Notes: generated by a model from the letters alone, not told the origin. DNA of 64,000 bases from an uncultured Dorea sp. (GCA_910579335.1 CAJTUQ010000003.1:608-64607), one strand, 5' to 3'. Counted from the first letter of the stretch, positions 1 through 10,613 are shown. Made by a program: numbers and translations.

Positions 1-71
1 ATTGTTCCTATAGTCGCAGCTGTTAAGATTCCATATTCTTTTACTATTTTCTTTATTTGCTCTTTTTCCAT
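1..71 (-). CDS. 5' end of a probable membrane protein (possibly YitT family), runs off the window
   Basis: ATG at 71 after a purine-rich RBS-like tract; open frame MEKEQIKKIVKEYGILTAATIGT to the window edge. Family guess rests on 23 aa only. Confidence 0.35.
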   Translation of the reverse strand, partial: MEKEQIKKIVKEYGILTAATIGT

Positions 72-89
72 TTCTCTTTCTCTCCACGC

Positions 90-123
90 ACGCAAAGAGC
101 CTGCATCCGCAGACTCTTTGCGT
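90..123 (-). terminator. Hairpin, probable intrinsic terminator after the M18 aminopeptidase
   Basis: ACGCAAAGAG..CTCTTTGCGT inverted repeat with inner CTGC/GCAG stem; weak U-tail. Confidence 0.5.
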
Positions 124-182
124 ATTCTTGATTTATTTTTATATCGGGGGTGAAATAGCCCGTCACATCATCCTTAACAATT

Positions 183-1583
183 TTATGCCATATCTTTCAA
201 AAATGCTTTATACCCTCTGTATGCCTCATAAACATCAGCTTTACTTGTCACCTCATATGGCGCATGCATGCAGAGCACCGCCACTCCGCTATCAATCACC
301 TGCATACCGTAGTTTGCCATAATAAAAGCAATCGTACCGCCGCCGCCAAGGTCTACCCTTCCCATCTCGGCGGTCTGAAATCCAATATCTTCTCTGTCAA
401 AAATGCTGCGGAGCTTTGCGATATATTCCGGATTGGCGTCATTAGAGCCCGCCTTTCCCCTGCTGCCTGTAAATTTATTTAATACAAGTCCCCGTCCAAG
501 ATATGCACTGTTCTTTTTTTCAAAAGCACTTGCATATAACGGGTCATAGCCCGCACTTACATCCGAGGAAAGCATATAAGAATTTGCCAGGGCACGTTTC
601 GTCTTTAATTCAGACTCCCCTCCGGTAAGCGCTGCAAGCTCCGCTACTGTATTTTCAAAAAAGCGCGACTGCATTCCGGTGGCTCCCACACTTCCAATCT
701 CTTCCTTGTCAACAAGGATACAGCATGCTGTCCTTTTTGGGTGTTTTGTCTCCAAAAGGGCAAACAGTGAAGGAAACGCACATACCCTGTCGTCCTGTCC
801 ATAGCCGATAATCATGCTGCCGTCCAAACCGCAGTCCCTTGCTTTTCCGGCTGGAACGATTTCAAGCTCCGCTGATAAGAAATCCTCTTCTTCTATATTG
901 TACCTGCTTTTTAAAAGACGCAGAATCTGTGTTTTTACTTTTTCTTTCTTCTCCTCATCTGTCAGTTCCTTTTCCACTGCAGGCCTTGTACCAATCAGGA
1001 CGTCTAAATTTTCTCCTTCAATTACAATTGATGCTTTTTTCTCAATCTGCTCTTGGGAAAGATGTACCAAAAGGTCTGTGATGACTAATACCGGTTCATT
1101 CTCTTCTTCGCCGATTACCACTTCCAAAACCGTTCCGTCTTTTTTCACCACAACTCCATGAAGAGCCATCGGCAGTGCCACCCACTGATACTTTTTTATT
1201 CCGCCATAGTAATGTGTATCCAGATATGCCATGTTCGAATCTTCATACATCGGGTTCTGCTTTACATCAATCCTGGGAGAATCCACATGCGCACCTAAAA
1301 TATTCATACCCTTTTCCAACGGCTCCTGTCCGATTTCAAAAAGTACAAGCGTCTTTCCCATACATTCTGCGAAAACTTTATCACCTGCTTCAAGCTGTTT
1401 TCCTTCTTCAATACACTGGCGTATATTCTGATATCCTGCATCCTTTGCAAGCTTTACCGCCAATTTCACACTCTCCCGCTCTGTCTTTGCCACATTCAAG
1501 GAAGTCTTATACCGTTCACATATCTCTTCCAGTTCACCGAGCTGCACTTCGGAATAGCCTTCCCATCTATTTTTTCTCTCCAT
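183..1583 (-). CDS. M18 family aminopeptidase (aminopeptidase I / ApeA-like)
   Basis: 466 aa; metal-site motifs AHVDSP, GQDDRVC, DKEEIGS, SSDV, MHAP; GGAGG RBS. Confidence 0.92.
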   Translation of the reverse strand: MERKNRWEGYSEVQLGELEEICERYKTSLNVAKTERESVKLAVKLAKDAGYQNIRQCIEEGKQLEAGDKVFAECMGKTLVLFEIGQEPLEKGMNILGAHVDSPRIDVKQNPMYEDSNMAYLDTHYYGGIKKYQWVALPMALHGVVVKKDGTVLEVVIGEEENEPVLVITDLLVHLSQEQIEKKASIVIEGENLDVLIGTRPAVEKELTDEEKKEKVKTQILRLLKSRYNIEEEDFLSAELEIVPAGKARDCGLDGSMIIGYGQDDRVCAFPSLFALLETKHPKRTACCILVDKEEIGSVGATGMQSRFFENTVAELAALTGGESELKTKRALANSYMLSSDVSAGYDPLYASAFEKKNSAYLGRGLVLNKFTGSRGKAGSNDANPEYIAKLRSIFDREDIGFQTAEMGRVDLGGGGTIAFIMANYGMQVIDSGVAVLCMHAPYEVTSKADVYEAYRGYKAFLKDMA

Positions 1584-1768
1584 AACGCTGCCTCCTATTA
1601 AAAATCTTATATTTATTCTAGAAGTTAATAACGTATCTGTCCAATATATAAAACTAATCCGGACTATAAGAAAAAAATATACCCTCTCTTACCAGCAGAC
1701 ATATCTTAACAAAAAAAGGACACCGCAGATACGGTATCCTACTCTGTTTTTTATCCTCATCCCACATT

Positions 1769-2458
1769 TCAAAGCAAAAAATCTCTGGAAAACGGCACTT
1801 CGCTCTCCGACACGCCCAACTCTTTCATAAGTCTTGTAATCGTCCGCATATAATGCTCCGAAATCACCTTGCAAATCTTTCCGCTGTCTCCGGTCCGGCA
1901 GGCATCCACAATCTCTTTATGCACTTTGTATTGGCGTTTCGCTACACCCACCTTATCCTGTACGTTGTTGTATCCGGTTATAATATTTCCATAATTCAGT
2001 TCGCTCCACAGCTTGTAAAGATGGTTTAATTTCGTCATCTTCACAAGCTCGCTATGAAACTCATTGTCATAAAGATAGACCTGCGCATACTGCTCCTCAT
2101 CAAGCTTTTCCATCTTTTTAAGCACCTTCTCCATATTCGATATGGTTTCCGGCGGCACTTTTCCATTCATATATTTAACTGCAAGAATCTCATAACTCAC
2201 CCTTATCAGGTAAACCTCGAAAGATTCCTGAAGATCCGGGTTCTTTACGGTACACCCCACGTTACGGGTATATTCAATAAGGCCTTCATGCTCCAACTGC
2301 CTTAGCGCTTCCCGGACAGGCCCTCTGCTTACGTTAAATTCTTTCGCCAGTTCCATCTCCACAATCCGCTCTCCGGGCTTTAATTCCTGATTAATGATTT
2401 TATTGCGGATTGCTTCAACTACATTCTCCCGCAATGTACGAAAATATATTTCTGCCAT
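1769..2458 (-). CDS. GntR family (FadR/FCD-type) transcriptional regulator
   Basis: wHTH LKPGERIVEMELAKEFNVSRGPVREAL plus FCD-like C-terminus (DNEFH, HKEIV); start moved to ATG 2458. Confidence 0.9.
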   Translation of the reverse strand: MAEIYFRTLRENVVEAIRNKIINQELKPGERIVEMELAKEFNVSRGPVREALRQLEHEGLIEYTRNVGCTVKNPDLQESFEVYLIRVSYEILAVKYMNGKVPPETISNMEKVLKKMEKLDEEQYAQVYLYDNEFHSELVKMTKLNHLYKLWSELNYGNIITGYNNVQDKVGVAKRQYKVHKEIVDACRTGDSGKICKVISEHYMRTITRLMKELGVSESEVPFSRDFLL

Positions 2459-2628
2459 GCCCCAACCTCTCTGTCTCGTCAAATTCTCAATTCCAGTATA
2501 GCAACATTCCTGTACATTTGTCTATTGTTAAATAACAAACACTCCTTCGCATAAACTTAAAACTACGGAAAACCACAGCTAATCGTGAAATGTCCGCACT
2601 AACAAAGGAGCTGCCACGCTGCAGCTCC

Positions 2629-3504
2629 TCACACCATCTCTTTTACCTTGTCAATATAATCCCGCAGGATCCTTTCTTTTTCTAAACAGTCCATCCTATA
2701 ATACATCTTCAAGCTGGACATCTGCGTCAGCCCATCCACAAAATGCATCTTTCCTGTACAGAAAGAAAAATACCGGCTATCCGCATAAGCATAACCGTTG
2801 TTCATCTCCACCTTAAGAGACAAGGTTTCCAGATTCCCTATCAGATTTACATCCTTGGCAAAATCAGGCACTCCCGCCGAATCCAGAATCTGCATACTGC
2901 ATGGATAGCTTGCCGTTGCATATCCCGGATAGCCCCGAAGATCTTCAAAAACAATATTTTTCTCCTCTGCTTTAATCCACGCATCTCCCGTATATACACC
3001 CAGCCGGTTCCTGCACAGCAAAATTTCTCCAATATTCGGGTTCTTGTTTCTAAGATTCATCCCATAGCCAATATAGATATCTAAATCATTTTTATGAAGC
3101 ATCATAGATCCAGTTGTATAATCCAGTCTGCTGAATCGGAAATCATCTTCATTGTAATAAGTATCCAGAAGCTCTTGCATCATTCCCCAAAACGACTTGC
3201 TTATCGAACTGTCAATTCCTACCCGGAGAACCGCCGACTCCTTCATCGCCTCAATCTCCCTAAGCATCTGCTCGTCAATCCGCAGCATTTCCACTGCTCT
3301 TCTATAGACAAGCTCTCCCAACTGTGTCGGCGTTACTTCTCCATTTCCCCGATTAATCAGTTTACCGCCGACACTTTTTTCCAGCTGCGAAATCTGCTGG
3401 CTTATTGCCGTCTGCGATACATAATTTTTCTTTCCCGCTTTTGTAAAACTCTTCAAGTCAATGACATCCACAAAATATTGATATTTCCAAATGCTCATTT
3501 CCAC
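2629..3504 (-). CDS. LysR family transcriptional regulator
   Basis: N-terminal HTH SFTKAGKKNYVSQTAISQQISQLE; 291 aa; GGAGCTGC/GCAGCTCC hairpin at 2608-2629 follows the stop. Confidence 0.88.
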   Translation of the reverse strand: MEMSIWKYQYFVDVIDLKSFTKAGKKNYVSQTAISQQISQLEKSVGGKLINRGNGEVTPTQLGELVYRRAVEMLRIDEQMLREIEAMKESAVLRVGIDSSISKSFWGMMQELLDTYYNEDDFRFSRLDYTTGSMMLHKNDLDIYIGYGMNLRNKNPNIGEILLCRNRLGVYTGDAWIKAEEKNIVFEDLRGYPGYATASYPCSMQILDSAGVPDFAKDVNLIGNLETLSLKVEMNNGYAYADSRYFSFCTGKMHFVDGLTQMSSLKMYYRMDCLEKERILRDYIDKVKEMV

Positions 3505-3551
3505 TCTCCGGACGACAGCCGTAATCCCTGTTAACCCTTGCGCCCTTCCTG

Positions 3552-4562
3552 TTACTCTGCAAATAATATGTCGTAGTTAATCTGCTGATAAAACAAGTCC
3601 CTGAACTCCTTTTTCGTTAAGCCGTCCATGCCCATCAGCCACATAAGCTTTGTAATTACCGCCTCTGTAGTCATATCATATGCTTCCATCAGGTTAAACT
3701 CTTGTTTTATAGTCTTTCCAACTGCATACACCATCATGTCACTGCCTTCGTTGACCACCTGCGTCGTCACTACTACGTGTTTTCCCTCCTGCTCCCATTT
3801 TTTCATCTCTGAACGGAACACATCGGTCAGAGATTTGGGCATGCCGCCCACTCCAAAGCTTTCCACCACAATACAGTCATAATTTTCAAAAAGATAATAG
3901 AGAATATCCGGCTTCAGCCCCGGAATCAGCTTCAGCACACACACGCTGTCCTTCATATTATAGTAAAAATGCACCCTCTCTTTATACGGCATCTCCGGAA
4001 TATAGCGGATAAGCCTTCTGTCCCGGATTACCGCATGATAGGGGAAATTGATGCTTGAAAATGCATTGTAGCTTTTTGACATCTCCTTTTTGGCTCTTGT
4101 CCCTGCTATGACTTTGCCGTCAAACACGATATTCACTCCCTGCGAATGGCCGTCAGCCGCATAGATAAAGCTGTCAAGCAGATTCGTCCTGGCATCCGTG
4201 ACGTCATGGCTGATGGGCTTTTGCGCCCCGGTAATGACGATTGGTTTATTAGAATTTTGTATCAGATAGGATAGTGCACAGGCGGTATACGCCAGCGTGT
4301 CCGTGCCGTGGCAGATGACAAATCCGTCATAACTATAATAATTCTGTTCTATCGTTTTGACAATCAGCTGCCAGTGCTCAGGCTTTACATTCGTACTGTC
4401 CAAATTGCATACCTGTATACTCTCCACATCACAGATATTTTTCACATCCGGAATATAGTACAGGATGTCCTCCGGCGTAAGTCCCGGACTCAAGCCCTCC
4501 TCCGTCTCCTTTGAAGCAATTGTACCGCCTGTCCCAATCATAAGTATCTTCTTCATCTTCAC
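3552..4562 (-). CDS. ansA: L-asparaginase, type I (cytoplasmic)
   Basis: TGGTIAS and HGTDT catalytic motifs, ITGAQKP; no signal peptide. Confidence 0.9.
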   Translation of the reverse strand: MKMKKILMIGTGGTIASKETEEGLSPGLTPEDILYYIPDVKNICDVESIQVCNLDSTNVKPEHWQLIVKTIEQNYYSYDGFVICHGTDTLAYTACALSYLIQNSNKPIVITGAQKPISHDVTDARTNLLDSFIYAADGHSQGVNIVFDGKVIAGTRAKKEMSKSYNAFSSINFPYHAVIRDRRLIRYIPEMPYKERVHFYYNMKDSVCVLKLIPGLKPDILYYLFENYDCIVVESFGVGGMPKSLTDVFRSEMKKWEQEGKHVVVTTQVVNEGSDMMVYAVGKTIKQEFNLMEAYDMTTEAVITKLMWLMGMDGLTKKEFRDLFYQQINYDILFAE

Positions 4563-4588
4563 ACTATCCCTCTCTTGTTAAAGTTTTC

Positions 4589-5908
4589 TTATTCCTCTAT
4601 CCGGAATGACCCGTCTCCAAGCATGTTGATATGGATTCCATAGAACATTGACGCCGCTTTTATCAGATACCCCGTATCCTTTACACCTGACGTCTCATAA
4701 GCGGAATGCATGGCAAGCTGCGGCAATCCGATATCCACTGCGTTCATAGACACTTGGGACATGGCGATATTGCCAAGCGTACTTCCGCCCGCCTCATCAG
4801 AACGATTTGCAAAAAACTGCACCGGCACCTCTGCTCTTTCACAGATTTCTCTGAATACGGCAATGCTCAAAGCATCGCTTGTATATTTCTGTCCGGCATG
4901 AGACTTTACCACAATTCCTTCATTCATATAGACACAGTTTGCGGTATCCGTTTTTTCCTTATAATTAGGATGTACCGCATGGGCGTTATCACAGCTTAAT
5001 AGAAAGCTTCCGGCTGCCGCCCGGTAAAAATCTTCTTCATCTTTTCCAAGCGCTTTATTAATTCTCCACAGCGTATCAAAAAGAAAGGTAGAGCCCGCCC
5101 CCTGCTTTGTGCCGGAGCCAACCTCCTCGTTGTCAAAACAGGCATATACATTGACATTCTTTTTATGGCAGCCTGACAAAAACCCCATCAAAGACGCATA
5201 TGCGCACTGCAGGTCATCCAGCTGCGGACAAGAGAAAAATTCATTCTCACATCCCCACACCACAGGAGCCATCCGATTATACAGAAATAAGTCCATCCCA
5301 TAGATGCTTTCCTTTGATACACCCAGCTCCTGTGCCGCAAGCTCCTTCATCACTCCCGGCTCCTTTCCCTCGCCTGCCAATATCGGAAGCGTGTCCACCT
5401 GCTTATTATATGCATGTCCTTCATTGACTGACCTGTCCATATGAATCGCCAAGCTTGGAATCATCACAAGCTCTCTGTCCAAATTCAAAAGCCACGTCTC
5501 CATGCCGTTTTCGGTCTTTACGATTACTCTTCCCGCTACGGAAAGGGGACGGTCAAACCATGACGAACAAATCATACCACCATACCCTTCCGTATTCAAC
5601 ACCGTATATTTTTTCTTTATCTCAAGCTCCGCATTCTCTTTTAGCTTAAATGTCGGTGAATCACTGTGGGATGCCGTCACGTGAAAACTGTAATCCTCAA
5701 GCTCTTCTCCTGTTTTAAAAGCTATAATGCTGGAATGGTTTCTTGTAACATAATAACACTTTCCCGGCTCAAGTACCCACTTTTTTCTTTCTTTGAGCTC
5801 CTCAAATCCGTTCTCCTTCAATATACCGCTTATCTTTTCCACTGCGTGAAATGCAGTAGGCGCACTCTTTATAAATGAGGCAAGTTCCGACATTGTCTTA
5901 ATATCCAC
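4589..5908 (-). CDS. M18 family aminopeptidase (aspartyl aminopeptidase / ApeB-like)
   Basis: SHSDSP, LDDL, DNEEVGS, DNAHAVHPNY, AMHS motifs; GTG start with GGAGG RBS. Confidence 0.92.
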   Translation of the reverse strand: MDIKTMSELASFIKSAPTAFHAVEKISGILKENGFEELKERKKWVLEPGKCYYVTRNHSSIIAFKTGEELEDYSFHVTASHSDSPTFKLKENAELEIKKKYTVLNTEGYGGMICSSWFDRPLSVAGRVIVKTENGMETWLLNLDRELVMIPSLAIHMDRSVNEGHAYNKQVDTLPILAGEGKEPGVMKELAAQELGVSKESIYGMDLFLYNRMAPVVWGCENEFFSCPQLDDLQCAYASLMGFLSGCHKKNVNVYACFDNEEVGSGTKQGAGSTFLFDTLWRINKALGKDEEDFYRAAAGSFLLSCDNAHAVHPNYKEKTDTANCVYMNEGIVVKSHAGQKYTSDALSIAVFREICERAEVPVQFFANRSDEAGGSTLGNIAMSQVSMNAVDIGLPQLAMHSAYETSGVKDTGYLIKAASMFYGIHINMLGDGSFRIEE

Positions 5909-5942
5909 AGCAAACCCTCCTAACTATTTTATTTCATATCTT

Positions 5943-7370
5943 TTACTTTTTCGCCCTCTCCCGCTGCGCCAGCTTTGGCATGATAAGTCCCAATGCCGTC
6001 AGGACAATCGGCGTAATTACATTCAGCGCCAGGGTAAGGGGCTCTTTACTGTACATACCCATAATACAACATGCCGCCGTCACAAGAAAGCACCATCCGC
6101 CAAAAAATATTGCAATCTTCTGATTTTTTACAAAACGGTACTCCGCCGGGATTCTGTCATAGGCTTTCCGAAGTGCAAGGTATGCCACAAATACCCAGAG
6201 GTAACGCATCGGCATGCATACAGAATTTAGCCTGGTAAGCTGCTGGAGTACTGCTGCCGCACCCGGCATAAAGGTCTGTACCACGATAATCGCTCCCGCA
6301 AGAACAATGATTAGCTTGATACCATTGATATATGCGCCGTCCTTATTCTGTCTGCGCATTGCGGACGGTATAAATTCTTTTGTTTTCTCATTCTCTAAAA
6401 GCATCCGAAGCGGAGCGTCAATACTAAGAATAAGGATTGCAAACTGGCTAATCAGGTTGCAAAGCGCATAGATTACTAAAAATGTATCTCCCAGATGGTA
6501 ATACTCGCCCAGCCTTTGGAACGCCCAGTAGGAACCGTTGGCCGCATAGGAGTTAAAGGACTCATCGCTGGCATTGATAAGCGCCGGGTCAAACATCTTT
6601 CCCATAGCAACCGTGCCAAGTATCGCACATACCAATACCATCACAGCCATAGCAATAATTCCTTTCGGGAATCCCTTGCTCGGATTCTCCACCTTATTTA
6701 CATACGGAGAAATCTTCTCACACCCGCCTACCGCAAATACAAGGATGGACAAGGAAGTAAAATACGCCACATTAAAATTCGGAATTAAATTCTTAAGGCT
6801 TAAATCCATCGTTACATAATCTGCGCCCGGATTAATTGCCGGCGCCGCAAGCATCATAATAATATACAATATCGACATGACAAACATACTGGTCTCTGCC
6901 AGTGAAAGCAATTTCTTAAGCGGATTCAATCCTTTGCTTGCAATAAAGCAGCCAACTAAAAATACGCCCAATGTCGCTAACTGAACCACAACCGTCGGAA
7001 ATGTATCATAAGTCTCTGCATTGCGGAATACCGCCCAGCTTAAAGCCTTAAGGCTCCCGCTGCCCTTGCTTGCAATATAAGTGATATGGCACGCCCAGTA
7101 AGTCCACCCCGCATAGTACGCAAGCTTCGGCGTCGTCGTCTCATAGATCCACGAGTTTACGCCGCTTCCGCTGTTTTTAAATGCAGAGCCAAGCTCTCCG
7201 ACCATCAGCGCATATGGTATAAAATAAAGGCCGAACATCAGAATCCAGCTTAAAACTACCTGAATGCCATTAAAATAAATAAATCCGTTTAATACATTCC
7301 CAAATCCCCAAACTGTCGAAAATGCCATGAATGCGAGCGCAGTCCATTTTATCTTTTTTGTATCACCCAT
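5943..7370 (-). CDS. APC superfamily amino acid permease
   Basis: 475 aa, about 12 hydrophobic segments; STVWGFGN in TM1 and FAVGGCE in TM6. Confidence 0.88.
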   Translation of the reverse strand: MGDTKKIKWTALAFMAFSTVWGFGNVLNGFIYFNGIQVVLSWILMFGLYFIPYALMVGELGSAFKNSGSGVNSWIYETTTPKLAYYAGWTYWACHITYIASKGSGSLKALSWAVFRNAETYDTFPTVVVQLATLGVFLVGCFIASKGLNPLKKLLSLAETSMFVMSILYIIMMLAAPAINPGADYVTMDLSLKNLIPNFNVAYFTSLSILVFAVGGCEKISPYVNKVENPSKGFPKGIIAMAVMVLVCAILGTVAMGKMFDPALINASDESFNSYAANGSYWAFQRLGEYYHLGDTFLVIYALCNLISQFAILILSIDAPLRMLLENEKTKEFIPSAMRRQNKDGAYINGIKLIIVLAGAIIVVQTFMPGAAAVLQQLTRLNSVCMPMRYLWVFVAYLALRKAYDRIPAEYRFVKNQKIAIFFGGWCFLVTAACCIMGMYSKEPLTLALNVITPIVLTALGLIMPKLAQRERAKK

Positions 7371-7392
7371 AACGGTGTCCTCCTATATTTTC

Positions 7393-8610
7393 CTATTCAG
7401 CAAACCGCCTGATTATGTCTTTTACAATTTTTACGGCCAAATCCATTCCTTCTACAGTAATATGCTCATATACACCGTGGAACGCATAGCCGCCGGTTCC
7501 TAGATTCGGGCAGGGAAGTCCCCGAAAGCTAAGCCTTGCCCCGTCCGTACCGCCGCGAATCGGCGCCACGTCCGGCTCCACTCCGGCCGCCTTTATAGCT
7601 GCAAGCGCATATTCCACCAGCTGATAACAAGGCTCTACCATCTCTCTCATATTTCGGTAGGATTCTGTTATCTCCACTTCCACTTTCCCTTCGCCGTATT
7701 TTTCGTTCATAGCCGCAGCAACCTCGCGCAGCTTTTCTTCTCTTGCCTTAAAGCTCTCGCGGTCAAAATCGCGGATAAAATATTTCATTTTCGTCTCCGT
7801 CACCGTCCCATTGACACTCACCAGATGATAAAACCCTTCATAGCCTTCGGTCGTCTCCGGGCGCTCACTTACCGGCAGCATCCGGTGAATCTCCGCCGCC
7901 AGGGTCTGGGAGTTTACCAGCACGTCCTTCGCCGTTCCGGTGTGGACGCTCACCCCATGAATGGTGAAAACAGCTGTGGACGCATTAAAATTCTCATACT
8001 GAATCTCACCCTCTGCGCTTCCATCCAACGTATAGCCGTAATCCGCCCCGAATCCTTCTACGTCAAAATGTTTCGCCCCTCTTGCAATCTCTTCATCCGG
8101 AGTAAATCCGATACAAATCTTTCCATGAGGCATCTCTCCTTCGAGCAGCTCCTCCGCAGCCGTCAATATTTCAGCGATTCCTGCTTTATCGTCCGCTCCC
8201 AGAAGCGTATTGCCGTCTGTGACAATCAGTGTTCTCCCTTTCAGACCGGACAGATGAGGAAAATCGGCCGCACGCAATACTTTGCCGCTGTCTCCGAGGC
8301 TGACATCTTCTCCGTCATAGTTTTTAATAATGCGAGGCTTAACGTTCTCCCCCGACGCATCCGGCGCGGTATCCATATGGGCAATCAAGCCGAGAGACGG
8401 CTTTTTCTCATACCCCGGCGTTGCGGGAATATATCCGTATACATATCCCTTCTCATCCACTCTGGCATCGGAAATTCCCATCTCTTTCATCTCTGCCGCC
8501 AGCATCTTTGCCAATACGAGTTCCCGTTTTGCCGAAGGAACTGTCTCGCTTGTTTCGTCACTCGTCGTCCATACAGACACATAGTTCAGAAATCTTTCGT
8601 ACGCTTTCAT
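7393..8610 (-). CDS. pepT: Peptidase T (M20B tripeptidase)
   Basis: IAHMDT, LGADDKAGIAEI, FTPDEEI, RGGTDG motifs. Confidence 0.95.
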   Translation of the reverse strand: MKAYERFLNYVSVWTTSDETSETVPSAKRELVLAKMLAAEMKEMGISDARVDEKGYVYGYIPATPGYEKKPSLGLIAHMDTAPDASGENVKPRIIKNYDGEDVSLGDSGKVLRAADFPHLSGLKGRTLIVTDGNTLLGADDKAGIAEILTAAEELLEGEMPHGKICIGFTPDEEIARGAKHFDVEGFGADYGYTLDGSAEGEIQYENFNASTAVFTIHGVSVHTGTAKDVLVNSQTLAAEIHRMLPVSERPETTEGYEGFYHLVSVNGTVTETKMKYFIRDFDRESFKAREEKLREVAAAMNEKYGEGKVEVEITESYRNMREMVEPCYQLVEYALAAIKAAGVEPDVAPIRGGTDGARLSFRGLPCPNLGTGGYAFHGVYEHITVEGMDLAVKIVKDIIRRFAE

Positions 8611-8678
8611 AATTTCTTCTCCTTTAATAGATTTATTTATTTTATTTTAAATCTATTTCCTCGTATTGTAAATTGTTA

Positions 8679-8725
8679 ATTGTTGACAATATACAATGAT
8701 GTGAATTGTGAACAATTCACATCAT
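8679..8725. promoter_or_regulatory. Two ATTGT-N2-ACAAT palindromes (candidate FadR-type GntR operators); the second lies inside a perfect 14-bp inverted repeat
   Basis: ATTGTTGACAAT 8679-8690; ATGATGTGAATTGT-GA-ACAATTCACATCAT 8696-8725, upstream of pepT. The long repeat could also act as a terminator. Confidence 0.55.
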
Positions 8726-8750
8726 CCGCTCCCACACTTAACAATCCCCT

Positions 8751-10613
8751 CTAACCGCATACTCTGCATACTGCCCTGCCTGCCTTTGCATCCAGCATCA
8801 ATACGGATTTCCTGTCCGTGACATCGTATAAGTATACAATATCACGAAGCTCTGGCTTCACATCCTCAAGAAACTCTCCCAGTACATTATTACACTTCTT
8901 TAACAGTTCCGGTGAAAAGATTCTTGTCTTGCTGTTTTCGTTAATTGCACCATAATAGATATCCGCCTCTACCAAGTCCTGGAACATATGGCTGCCATAA
9001 GACAGCTCCGGATTGTAACCGACCTTGCTGTAAGCCACTTCACACACCGCGCAAAATTGATGAATGTCGCAATACAGCACAGGTACGCCAAGTTCCGGGG
9101 ATGATGTCCCAATCCTTCCCGGCACAAGCAGGATAACATTTTTCCTTTTTCCGTCAAAGGCAGCATTCAGCCTGCCAAGCAAAGCTGCTGCCTCTGGCTT
9201 CTTATAGTAATCATATTCATAATATTTCTGCGGATCTACCCATACAATATAGTCCAGCGAAATTTCTCTGGAATAACTAACGGAAGTCCTGCGGATATCA
9301 AATAATATCTCATGGTCGATTCCCTCCGGTATATGTATCACACCGTCAGCCGTCATTTTCATAGGACGGCACTGTAAAAGATTGATTCTCCAGCTTTCGT
9401 CCGTCATCGTAACCGCAAACTCTAAGTCGACCGGGCGGCGGTATGTCTTTTCTAAAACCTTTTCCATAGCCCGTATCATATCAATAAAATCATCATCATC
9501 AACCAGCCCCTGACAGTCCGCAAAATAAACCTTCCTATAGATCCGCCTTTGCGCAAGCCGGCTCTCCGCATCCGTGTCGCGGCTTAAGACCAATCTCTGA
9601 TATGATTTCGGAACTTTTTCAAAAAGTGTATCGATGGATACTGTCACCATCTTTTTTTCCTTCAAGTCGATAACATCAACCTTGCGCTGAGAAAACTTGT
9701 GACGGTCCGCCACAGTCGTACGTATATTTGCTTTTGCATGATCCAGGCTGACCAGCCTCGGATAGTCTCCGGGAGTACGGGCTACCGCCCTCGTTCCAAA
9801 TCCTGCCACCATACGGATCATCCCGGCCTCCGGATTTAAGTTCTCAGACCATTTATAGGGATTGTAAGAACATCCCATTCCTGCTGCGACCGGAAAATAT
9901 AAATCTCCAATACGCTGTCCGGCCGCCCGCTGAATCAATACCCCCATCTTTTCTCTTTTCTCCAGCAAGTCATGCCTTTTCCGGTACTCCAGCGCTTCCT
10001 TTGTGAATACGCTTGCATAGACCTTGCGCACCGCCATAAGCATCTCTTCAAACCGCTCATCAAACGTTCCCTGATTACTGCAGAAAACAGATTCATATTT
10101 TCCGGAAAATGCATGCCCGAATCCGTCCTCCATAATACTGCTGGAACGAATCACCAAAGGCTCCTCGTCATAATGTCTCAGAACATCCTTAATCTGTCCG
10201 CTGACTTCTTCCGAAAAAAAACCGCAAAGAAGCTTGTCTTCATATTTTTCCAAAAGCTTCCCCCTGTCCTCTGACCGGCAAAGCTCCTGCATCATACCGC
10301 ATCCGTTGATTTCCAAATATTCCTCAAATGTATCCGCACCGATAAAAAATGAATGATGGGGCTCCAGATATTCCAGATATCCGGGCATACGCACCTCTAT
10401 CAGCTTTTGCGACAGCAAAAGGCCGCAGGCCTTTCCCCCCGTTTGTCCGCGTCCGATTCTCCGGGAAGCAATTTCCCTGAAATCCTCTTCCGTAAAAAAC
10501 TTAAGAATCATCCGCTCCATATCCGGGTCATCCGTGAGCAGTTCATGACATAATGCCCGCTTTTCCTCTCCATTTAATATTTCTTTCTCCAGAAGCCTTT
10601 CCCATTCACACAT
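8751..10613 (-). CDS. PEP/pyruvate-binding (PPDK/PEP-synthase N-terminal ATP-grasp) domain protein, function unknown
   Basis: GGKA, IRSSSIMED..FSGKYES, MGVLIQ, DLEFA, LLQCRP motifs; no recognisable phospho-His swivel (GGxTSHAA) motif. Confidence 0.82.
   Translation of the reverse strand: MCEWERLLEKEILNGEEKRALCHELLTDDPDMERMILKFFTEEDFREIASRRIGRGQTGGKACGLLLSQKLIEVRMPGYLEYLEPHHSFFIGADTFEEYLEINGCGMMQELCRSEDRGKLLEKYEDKLLCGFFSEEVSGQIKDVLRHYDEEPLVIRSSSIMEDGFGHAFSGKYESVFCSNQGTFDERFEEMLMAVRKVYASVFTKEALEYRKRHDLLEKREKMGVLIQRAAGQRIGDLYFPVAAGMGCSYNPYKWSENLNPEAGMIRMVAGFGTRAVARTPGDYPRLVSLDHAKANIRTTVADRHKFSQRKVDVIDLKEKKMVTVSIDTLFEKVPKSYQRLVLSRDTDAESRLAQRRIYRKVYFADCQGLVDDDDFIDMIRAMEKVLEKTYRRPVDLEFAVTMTDESWRINLLQCRPMKMTADGVIHIPEGIDHEILFDIRRTSVSYSREISLDYIVWVDPQKYYEYDYYKKPEAAALLGRLNAAFDGKRKNVILLVPGRIGTSSPELGVPVLYCDIHQFCAVCEVAYSKVGYNPELSYGSHMFQDLVEADIYYGAINENSKTRIFSPELLKKCNNVLGEFLEDVKPELRDIVYLYDVTDRKSVLMLDAKAGRAVCRVCG

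Noticed and set aside
7825..8679. Long antisense ORFs (e.g. 7825-8679, 45521-46327, 58466-59425)
   Set aside because: Shadows of well-supported opposite-strand genes, with no motifs or RBS.
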